Below the pieces are notes generated by a model. The model had not been told where the DNA came from and made no database searches. It saw nothing but the letters and a program-made list of their open reading frames with translations. 64,000 nucleotides of DNA. Origin: Sphagnum compactum (lineage: Eukaryota). This document shows positions 12,535 through 22,619 of this stretch, piece after piece; the first letter of the stretch is position 1, and each line of letters starts with the position of its first letter. A program made the translations under genes and the position numbers. The stretch lies in contig OZ234494.1 in the NCBI GenBank assembly GCA_965153455.1, positions 3,906,001 to 3,970,000 of the forward strand. The letters run 5' to 3'.

Positions 12535-13312
12535 TTTAGGTATAAGATTTTGAAGGTTTAGGTATAAATTTTACGGTTTTAATTTAAGTTCAGTTTTGGG
12601 TTTTGGGTTTAGATTTTAAGGTTTAAATTTATGTTAAGGTTTAGGGCTTAGGTTTAAAGTCTATGTTTAGGGTTTTATGTATAGGTTTTAAGGATTAGGT
12701 TTAAGTTTTAGGTTTATGGGTTAAATATAAGTTTGAAGGTTTAAAGTTTATGTTTATGTTTAGGGATTTAGGTTTAGTTTTTAAAGATTAAATTTAAGTT
12801 TAAACTTATTAGATTAAATATAATTTTTTGGGTTTAGGTTTTGGGTTTTAAATCAAATGCTAAAGCTTATGTTTAGGGTTAAGGTTTTAAATTTTAGGTC
12901 TTAAGGTTTACGGTTTATGATTTATTTTGAAAATTAAGGTTTTAATTTTATGTCTAGGGTTAATGTTTTAAGTTGTATTTAGGGTTATGGTTTAAGGTTT
13001 AAGATTTATGTCTAAGTTTTTAGGCTTAGGTTTAAGGATTAAGCTTAAATTTTAAATTTTTAGGTTAAAAATAAGTTTTTAGGGTTTAGGTAGTCGGTCT
13101 AAAGGTTTTAGGTTTAAGGTTAAAGTTTGTGACTAAAGTTTTAGGCTTATGTTTAAAGAGTAGGTTTAGGTTTTAGGTTTTTAAGTTAAATATAAGTTTT
13201 AGGGTTTAAGTTTGGGGGTTTAAGGTTTAGAATTTTAAGTATAAGTTTTTAGGATTTTGAGTTTTAGGTATGAGGTTTAGGGGTTAGGTTTATGTGTAAG
13301 GTTTTAGGTTTA
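12535..13312 (+). repeat. Degenerate telomere-like (TTTAGGG/TTTAGG/TTTAAGG) array
   Basis: ~780 bp, strongly G/T-skewed, made of 6-7-nt units including exact TTTAGGG copies. Confidence 0.8.
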
Positions 13313-13471
13313 ACACAAGGTTGTCACAACATCTAAGTGTCCATTTGGATGCTGATGTTGCCCAACATCATGTCAAAATAAGGTCAACATACGTAAACAT
13401 AGTTTCAACATAGGTCAACATTTAAATTGGGCTATTCAAAGTAAAGTGTAAGGTGACAAAAACTTGCACCT

Positions 13472-13700
13472 TTTGGTCGCTTTAAACACTATGGCAACCG
13501 AAACAAATTTTGATCAACATAGGAATTCAATAACCAAAATAATTTTAGTCACCATAAACATTTAGCAACAAAACCTATTTCAATCGCCATAGGCACTCAA
13601 TGACCGAAACCTATTTCAGTCACCACAAGCACCCAACAACTAAAACTAAATTTCAATTGCCATAACCATCTAATGATCAAACCTATTTTAATTGTTGCAG
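13472..13700. repeat. ~33-34-bp degenerate tandem repeat, about 7 units
   Basis: Units like TTTCA(A/G)TC(G/A)CCATAGGCACTCAATGACCGAAACCTA with an internal (G)TCGCC..(G)CGACCGAAA dyad; resembles TE subterminal repeats. Confidence 0.7.
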
Positions 13701-14339
13701 ATTTTTGTTGTTGCACAATAATTAATGATTGAACTATGGTGATTAAAAATATAGTTCTTTACTATTTTTGTGGGTGAAAAAAGTTTTGGACAAAACTGTT
13801 GGGAAAATTGAGGAAATTTTTTGGTTTCAAATGTAAATTCAACCAAAATTCCTATATTTCACCAAAATTTCAACACCATTTTTATAAAAAAATATTGTGG
13901 AAGCATTCCATTTGCATAAAAAAATTATTTTAAATGAATTTTTAGATTATATTTCATTGTTTGGTGTGTATAACTTTTTGTCGGGGCATTTTGTATTTTA
14001 ACATGGACACATGGATCTTCCAACATGTCAAAATATTGACAAGGAAATAGTTGGGGACATGAAATGATGGAATGTATGTTATTATTTATGCCTTTAGCAT
14101 GTGTATAAGAAGAATCACAGTATTAATGCAAGTGAACCAAAACTTGTGAAATTATAATCGTGTTCAATGAAAAGCTTAATACTATTCAAATTTCAAAGAT
14201 GATCACATATAACATCATGATTCTTTGACAAAACTTCATTTTATTAAATTAAAAAGTCCAAAATATGTCTTTTTGATAATTCATATAAACTACACAAAAT
14301 TTCATATACACCAATTGTAAACAATCTGTGTTGCCTTTA

Positions 14340-14920
14340 GTAACATTCTTCAGGTGGAGTCTAGTTGTATGGAAGCCCCATCAATGTGCACACATCATGT
14401 TGGACGGTTCTTCACACCTTTGGATTCACCTTGTACATATCATGAATCACCTTGGCAAATGACATTTTGATGGAATTATCTAAGAAGTAATCTGCATCCT
14501 AGTTTTCACCCCATATGACATTTGCAAGCTTGCCCCCTAAATATGTTTTAGACCTTGGAGTTGTTTGGTGTTGCTTCACCATACACCAAAGGGAATTTGT
14601 AATTTTTGACTCCCCATGAACAAAAAACAGTTATGGGTTCACCCACTAATACATTTTCCTCATGTTAATGACATTTTGTTCCTTGGAAAAACCATACAAA
14701 GATGGTATCACCTCTTGCAAACATCCAATGCACCCCAATTGCACACGCCAATGTACAAAACATTTGGGTTGTTGAATAGAAAATGCAACATGATGTTGTC
14801 CTTCAACAAATCATCATGCAAAATCCCATTATGGTGTACTACATTCATGATGTTCATGAATGCCCATGCCATTTTCACACAATTTTTCCTTTTTTCTTTA
14901 AACATCTTGGCCATTGGATG
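14340..14920 (-). pseudogene. Decayed protein-kinase C-lobe (atypical HxD/DWG type)
   Basis: NVVHHNGILHDDLLKDNIMLHF (catalytic loop H-x-D-L-x-x-x-N), VLYIGVCNWG (DFG position), then after a frameshift WVNP*LFF (APE position), and downstream similarity to later subdomains. Confidence 0.7.
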
Positions 14921-16290
14921 GCAAGTAAATTGTTCTGGTTGTCATGTGATCATGGCCAATCATTTAGGCTTCATGCCCCGTGAAATCCATGTGTGTAGGG
15001 TAATTAAGGGCGATTGAAAATGGCTTGGGCCCATGCATGTTTTGTTTCAAATGGGTAGGTTTAGTATAAAAGGTGAAAGCACACTACTAGGGGGCCAAAA
15101 TTGTTGTCACATTGTACTATTTTCCAAGGGTGTTCATGTGTTGAACTTCAATCATGGTAAATTTGGAGCATATTTTTTTAATTTTTTTGCATAACATGGT
15201 ACACCATAACACAAATAATTCAATTGAAAAGATTTTTTTTTTTCAACTTATATTGTGTGATTCCAAAATATATTTGTGGCAAAAAAATGTACATCATTAT
15301 GTATTAAAAAAATGCAAATAGACTCAAAAAATGATTGAAATGATTTTTAATCTTTATGAAGTTTGTAACATCTAGTAAACATTGTTATTCCATATGATTG
15401 GAATAAGTTTGTGAGCCATGTGAAGAGTTTGATAATTATCATATCACCAATAGGTGTTTTTGGGGGTGATGACCATAAGTATGTGGGTAAATTAACATTT
15501 TGACAAACTATCACTTTCAAATGGAAGATGACAAGATATCTAAAGTGGATAATTTTTAAATTTTCATTTCAAACATTTTTTGGTTAACTAATTCAAACCC
15601 AAACCTAGTGTAGTCCAAAAATAGAAACAAGCTCTATTATACTAGATATATCATAAATATACCCATTATTCATTGAATTTAATTTTTAAAATTTAATTTT
15701 TGCCAAATAATATTAGATGTCATTAACTTTGTGAAAATCAAAATATCAAACTTAAACACCAAAAGTGAAACCCAAAATTAAATGCAACACATTTTGCAAA
15801 AATATACTTTACATACATGTCATGAAAGTGCCCAAAGTGGCCCCCTCGTAGTGTGCTTTCACTTTAAGATTGCACTTTGGTCATTGTTAGTAGTTTTTTA
15901 TTTGACGTATGAGGATTCTGCTTGCTTCGAGCAATCAATGCCACACACATGGAAGAAAATGGGACCCTTTTAGAGGGCAGTGAAGTTTATGATGCCATTT
16001 TTGAAAATAATTGTGTGTTGGACTTCATTGCTAAACCTTTGGAAGACCCCAACTATTTTTATATTATTAATGAACCCTAATAACCTTAACTTGGAAGATC
16101 ATAACCCTATTAAATTTTGCACAAGTTTAGAAGATCCTAACACCCAATATATGAACACAAGTGAATTATTAACAATCTAACATGGTGAATAATGAAGACC
16201 ACATGAAAATAGTAAAGGGAAATGGGGTGAAGGGAAGATGACATGATGTAGAACTTGAAGCCCTTCAAAATCCAATTGTATTAGTAGACA

Positions 16291-17130
16291 ATGGATGGCA
16301 AAACATGTCTCAACCATGGACATACACATTGTGTTCTAACTATGTGCGGTGGTGCCACATTGACAATTCATTGCATGAATAATTCCACTGCATTTACGAG
16401 TTGCCTAGATGCAAAAATGAAAGAACTCATGTTGGAGGTGCAAACAGCAATGACAAGGAGCCCAATATTTGCCAAAAACCAAGTGCCTTTGACTGTGGCA
16501 CAAATGGTGTATGTGAAGGTGGCACTTGGGTTTAGGTTAATTAGAGATCTATTCCAAGTCATCAAGGGACCAATATGCTTATGTATCAAGCGCAAGTGGC
16601 TCCACCACACCTCCTAATTGCTCCTCAATTAATGCCATTAGGGTTGATTGCACTCATGAAGATGGTGGTTGTGGAACATAGTTGTGGAACCACATGGTAG
16701 TCAAGTTTTATCTCCAGTAATCATCGACCAAATTGTTGAATGCCCATGAAAGCAAATTCCATTTGTTCGCATGGGCCAACACCTCAATCAAGTTCAAGCA
16801 TAGATGAAAGCCATGGATGGAAACCTAGAGGCGGTTGAAAATAAATGGAGGCAAACTTGGAGGTTGTGGTTCAAATGGCATCATATGATCCATTTGACAC
16901 AAGAGTGTTCCAAACAAGGTAGATGGAGGGGGCAAGTTCACACATTGCCACCTTAATATTCTAGGGAGACAAATTTAAGGGTTGAGATTGTAGAACATGC
17001 CCTTGAAGAATTATAAAGAGAATTGGAGACAATGCAAGCTACACTATGTGAGGTGGAGTTGGAGCGTAATGAGTTGTGTGAAGAATGACATAGGATGGAA
17101 ATAAAGATGGAGGTTCTAGAATGTGAGGTT
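16291..17130 (+). pseudogene. Decayed ORF of unknown function with coiled-coil-like C-terminus
   Basis: 108-aa ORF (16291-16617), then fragmented coding-like sequence ending in RELETMQATLCEVELERNELCEE. No family recognised. Confidence 0.3.
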
Positions 17131-17133
17131 GCC

Positions 17134-17953
17134 TAACGCGCTCCCAAGCTCCTTGATAGACTCAAGAAGAGTCTAAAGTAATGAACAGCGGAAATGTTAG
17201 GAGATCGAGGCACGCTCCTAGCTCTCAGCACTTCAAAGGGGTAGAGGGGCGTGTTGAGGCTCCGGGATGGGACTAGGAAGAGTGACAAGCATTCTAGTTA
17301 CTCACTCGAATCTGCATCAAACCAACCAACAAGTTGGTTAGAATATTGTTTGGAGCACCTTTGGTGCTAGGACAAGCCACGGGGCGACTTTGGACTCACA
17401 AGATTCACCACGGCCCAGATTCGGGGGAAGCCACCACCTTCCCCCATATAGTATTCTCTGCGTCTTTCCGCGACGCCTACATTCGAATGGTTTTTTGTCC
17501 CGGGATTCCCAAAGAGGAGTTTCGAAACTGCCAAGGTTTGGACTCCCGCAACATTGCGGGACTATAATTCTTTACTTACACCTCTGATCGGGATGAGGAT
17601 TGAAGCAGAGTTGTAGCTCTCGTCAAGAGCCAACGGTGTGTCGCACTCCATTTGCACGCACGGGGTCAGGTCGATTCCCAACTTTTTGTGGTCGGGAGTC
17701 AAACTGCCAGTTTAACTCCTAGCCTTTCTTTTTGCCATAACATGTGCTGCAAATGTCCAAATGGGTCATACAAGCCCATTTTAGACATCTTCACTTCAAT
17801 AGCTTTTCAATGATATAAAGAACTCCCCAATGTGAGGTGTTTTGACCCCTGAAATCGTTCTCTGAAGTTTCGGGAGTCCCAACAGACTCCCAAGTTCCCA
17901 TTTCGGGAGTGTGAGTTTCATCCTCACATTCTTTCAAGATTGGGGTTGCGACA
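17134..17953 (-). mobile_element. 3' LTR (~820 bp) of an LTR retrotransposon
   Basis: Minus strand TGTCGCAACCCC...GCGCGTTA (CA end decayed); collinear with the solo LTR at 41979-42797; preceded on minus by a polypurine tract. Confidence 0.9.
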
Positions 17954-17965
17954 CTCTCCCCCACT
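17954..17965 (-). other. Polypurine tract (PPT) abutting the 3' LTR
   Basis: Minus strand AGTGGGGGAGAG directly precedes TGTCGCAACC. Confidence 0.8.
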
Positions 17966-19991
17966 AGAAGAAAAGGTCAATGTCCTCATTGACACTTAAA
18001 GTTTTTTTCCATAATGCAATTGGTTTCTTTTGGTTCCTTGGCCATCAAATGCCGACTTTCGCGGCAGGACTTTGCCTCAAGACAATGGGCAAAAAAAATG
18101 TTTCCTCAATTGATTTAATGGTTGTGATAACTTCTACCCAATAAAATAAAAAAATATTTTTTCACTAGATTAAAACTTTTAAATGTCATCAATTGATTTG
18201 AGTTGTGCCAAATCTAGTCATTTTACAACACAACCCATTTTGCACCTTTTTAATGCTTTTCTTTAGCTCCTTCAATGTATTTTGTAGTTTGTCTTTTAAG
18301 CTTTCCTCTTGGAAAGTAGACCAAGGAATTGCAACTTGGCTAGGGACAAGTTGTGTCATAGACAAAGACAAAGAGTCAAAGTGGGAATTTTACACAAAAA
18401 AAAATGAAGAGAAAATATTTAAGGTTTGATAGAAATAGAAAGAAACATATTGATGGAGGAATTTTGAATGAAGATTTGTAGCTCCTAACATGCATAGAGA
18501 GAATGTGTTGTACATTTAAAAAAAACAAAAAAAGAAATACATAGTGAAAATTATGAAGGAGGTTTCTGCAAGATAGAACTATTTTCATTTAGTTAGGGTT
18601 TGTACAAATTCACAAATCTTGTAACAAAGAGTGGGAAGAAACCATAGAAGGGTGGAAATAGACCACACGCACACAACAATTATTCTCAGATTGTGAAAAT
18701 TTTCACATAGTTGTAGAAGACTTCATCATCTTGATTGGAATGTGTTGCTACTGTGACCATGCCTTTAAAAGCCTTGTGCCTCACTCATAAGTTGACAAAT
18801 TACTTGAATTAAAAAAAAAACCTTATAAAGAACAATGATTACTTGTCGACCTTCTTCAAACATTCGACCTCTTCCAAACGCATTGTCAACCAACTCAACA
18901 CTCTTATGTTGATGCACATGACTTTTTGTCGAACCATGTAGATTACACTAACATAGTTGATTGACCTGACATTTTTTTATTGATGTGCACAACATTTTTC
19001 TCTTAAGCCATGCATATTATAGTAGCATACCTTTTTTTTGTTGATGTGCATGTCGACCTAATGATCAACTTTTTTTCAAGTGCGCAATCTCTTCTTCTAT
19101 TGATGCACACGCTGATCAACATTTATCAAATGCATGACTCCTCCTTCAAGTGTTGGAACTCCTCCTTCAAACAAGCTCTTATAATACTCATACAAACCTA
19201 AAAAAACAAGCACTCTCTTGTGGTGTTGTGCAAACCCATATATTCAAGCTTTGTTGACACTTGTATAAACCTAAAAAAGTTGTAAATGTTTTCTTGGCGT
19301 TCAAAAACGACTACCTTCTTGGTATTAGAAAAAACATTAATCTATTTTGCAACCACTTCAAGCCCTCCCAGTCTAATTTACTCGTTCCTTCCACAAATCC
19401 TTTCAAACGATAAAGCCTCTTTTCTTTTCTAGTCTTCCCAAGTGTCAAATGGTGCACGGGTTGAAACAAACACAAAAAAACATGGGGCAAACTTGGAAAT
19501 GCACTGATTTCAATGCATTTCCAAGTTTCTCCCTGTGTTTTTTTCCCTTTGTTAGCTCTTCACTATGTGTTTTTAACTGCGCCCTGTGTTTTCAACAAAC
19601 ACAAGGTTCTCACCCCCAAATTTTTCACACTTTACCAATAACTCTATTGAAATTGAAATCAGCAGCATTCGATCCCAAGTGCCCTAAAAAAAGTTATTAG
19701 GTTTGAAATCCAGTGGTGTAATGATACCAACATTTCATAGTCAAAATTGCCATGTAGAAAAGAATAGGAACATATAAACACACTCCTAGAAATTGGCAAT
19801 CTAGACTTTTTCTCAGAGACTAAATAATCCATACCAAGGACTGTGAACTGATTTATGAACCTTATTGTATGCCCCTAGGGCCTGCACTATGACTAATCTA
19901 ATGTTATTGATTTCAAACAATTCTTTTAAACATAACCCACCCTTAGGAGGTTAAAACAACAAAAACACATCAGTTCAATTTATGTTTTAAG

Positions 19992-20372
19992 TGTCTGGTA
20001 AAGTCCCAAGGTCTCGGCATTCCCAAAATAAAGGGCCTATGATGAGGTGGCCAAGTTTGGCCTTGCAGTTTGACAAATGTCCTGCACCCATGGTAAAAGA
20101 CCCATCGTAAAGCACTAGGCAAACCTTATCATGAAACTAGACATTTGTAGATCATGAGGTTTAGGAGAAGGAGGGTTCCTACACCTACTCCTCAAGAATG
20201 GGAGGCAACTTATCCCTAGGAGCTTATGGTGCCTACATGTAGGCATAAGCTCCCTCCCTCCCACGCTTAAGGAATAGATGTAAGAACCCTCTTCTTTTCT
20301 AAGAGGGCTATTCATGAAGATATAACATGCCTACCAAATACACTTCAAAAAAATTTCTCAGGGCTTTGCACA
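19992..20372 (+). repeat. ~380-bp TG...CA dispersed repeat (solo-LTR-like)
   Basis: Starts TGTCTGGTAAAGTCCC, ends AGGGCTTTGCACA; homologous to 8156-8510; a third start occurs at 20550. No TSD seen. Confidence 0.6.
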
Positions 20373-20949
20373 TAGGGGAAGGTTTGCTCCCCAGGGCCTC
20401 CCCCAATTTGCCAAGAGTGGTAGCATGAAGGTGTAGGCTCAAAAATTAGGAGATTTGAACTACCAAGAAAAAAGCCTCACAGTATTTGCAGTACGCTACT
20501 GTTGAGGAAAGGCAGGTCCATTGGGGTTATGGGGTTAGTGCTGTTTAAGTGTAGGGTAACACCCTAGGGCTGGGGCATTGTGGAAATTTACCCAGAGGCC
20601 AAATAATGGGAATGCCCTGGCAGAAGGGCATTACCTGCCATAAACCTCAATGTTTTTTTAATGATAGCCACTGGGTATCATGATAAACAAAAAGAAAGAG
20701 GATACATGGGCATTTGGAAAATTGAAACGCTTGCCTCTGCAGCCATTTTGCTTTTCAAAATGCCTGCTCGTGGATTCCGGAATATAAGGCACCCTCCAAT
20801 AACACTGCCTCAAATTGCAGAGTGTTTTCCGTATAGGAGAAGGGCCTGAGCCCTTCCGTGATTTGAGATCTGCGCCTGAGGCCAGTAGGCCAAGAGAACA
20901 GGTCGAAAATCACGCAAGGGCCTGCACTCAGGTCCTTTTCCTATGTAAA

Positions 20950-21125
20950 TCAAGCTGGGATTTTTTCACTTTTTAGAAATAGTGACAGGCTGGTTGGTAC
21001 CTTCTGCTGGTCAAGAGATCCCAGTACAGCCTGGCTGGTACCTTCCATCGCAGAAGATCCCGCTTGCTGAAAACAGGTTTCTTGAGGCAGGTACCTGAAA
21101 ATACAAAGGAAAAATCCAGGCAGTG
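20950..21125 (-). repeat. Dispersed repeat shared with 62545-62700
   Basis: Reverse complement GGATTTTTCCTTTGTATTTTCAG...AAGAAACCTGTTTTCA...CCAGCCAGGCTGTA matches the + sequence at 62545-62640. Confidence 0.7.
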
Positions 21126-22507
21126 CTTTACTGATGAGAATAGCGGTAGCTGCTATGTCACACATGCATAATGGTAAGTAATGGGAGTGAGGTAGTTGGT
21201 AGGTCACACCAGGGTTATGTTTTGTAAGGGCAAGGGAATGTAGGTTCTTACACAAGGGTTCTCATGGTGTGGCCATGTGTTTAAAATGTAGTGGAAGGCC
21301 TGCTCCCCAAAGCCTCCCCTAATTTGAAGGTTTTAGCCTTGAGGCTACTGAGGGTATAGGCTTGAAAATTAGGGGAGGCCCTTGGGAGTAAGTCTGGTCT
21401 ATAGGTCTGCACCTGGTATCAACACCCATAGCAAGGACCCTATGGGGATGGTATGGCCTAAGGCAATGCCAACCTAAGATTAGCACCAGCCTGGTAAGGA
21501 TGTGAGGTGATACTAACCTTGTACCCATTCCCTACCATTTTCAATACCTTCCTCAAACCAGCCAAAAATCAATCTTGGACCCAACACTAGGACCAGCTGA
21601 CAGGTTCTTTAAAGTACACAAATTCTGTCGGCCTGGTACAAATACATCATTGCAAGCCCAAAATGTGCATAACATGGGTCCAAAGTGTGTTTGAGTATCA
21701 TCCATCTTTTTTGAGAAAAAGATTGATCTAGCCAAGGGCAGATGTGGGAAAGGAAGAAGCAAGCATTACTTTTGTACCTCCCACACAATGAGGACTCATA
21801 AGCGATTTAAACATCTTCCAACGCAAAGCATGAGCCAAAGCTTATCGATAGTATGGACAAACATAGACAAGGGTCATTTTATGAAAAGAACCACTGTCTC
21901 CAAAAACTGGATGTCTGACCATGAAAGAACTGGATCTGCCACAAAGCCACCACCAAAGTGGACAGCTCTTATCTTTGACTGGAGGATTTACTTAATTCTG
22001 GGAAGATCAGAGGCAGCAACAAGTCCCTTCACTAATTTTTTCTTTAATAAGTCTCGGATTTCTGGGAGGTGAGAAGCATTAGCCATCCTCATTTTTCTTT
22101 TTGAATGTCTTGAATGTCAAGAAAGTTAGAGCAAATTGGAATTCCATTCAATCTATCTGAATTCATTATAAGAATTTGGATTCAATTCAATTGGAGTTAA
22201 ATTTAAAAAATTGAATACAACACAATTCAATTCAAATTTAATTCAATTCAAATTGCATGCAATGTCATTCAATATTTTCATTCAAATGTAACTTAATTTC
22301 CACAAAATCAATTCATTCTTTCCATCAGTTGATGATCATTGGTAGTGCACAGCAGCTTAGAGCCCAAAGTTTGTCATTCTTGCCTTTTTACTGTTGTCAC
22401 TGGAGATGCTCTACTGCAGAGTTGTAGCTATGCCACGGGATTGTGTGATTCAGGTATGAATAAACCACAAGCGATCAATAGTGTGTGGTAGATTTTAGAA
22501 AAGGTTT

Positions 22508-22619
22508 CTATGATGTGAGAAGATTTGTGGCAATTACTGTTACACTACAAAGCATGGCAAGTATTACCATTACCCAAGCCTCCCATCTATCCCTTACAGT
22601 TGCCATCCCTGGCTTGTCT
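22508..22619 (-). CDS. AVT6: AVT6-like exon 5
   Basis: TTTTCAG|A GAC AAG ... encodes DKPGMATVRDRWEAWVMVILAMLCSVTVIATNLLTS*, the last TM helix; absent from the ORF track. Confidence 0.85.

Noticed and set aside
18540..18700. Possible RING-finger fragment on the minus strand (CACG...LSC..H)
   Set aside because: Ligand spacing and frame are inconsistent.
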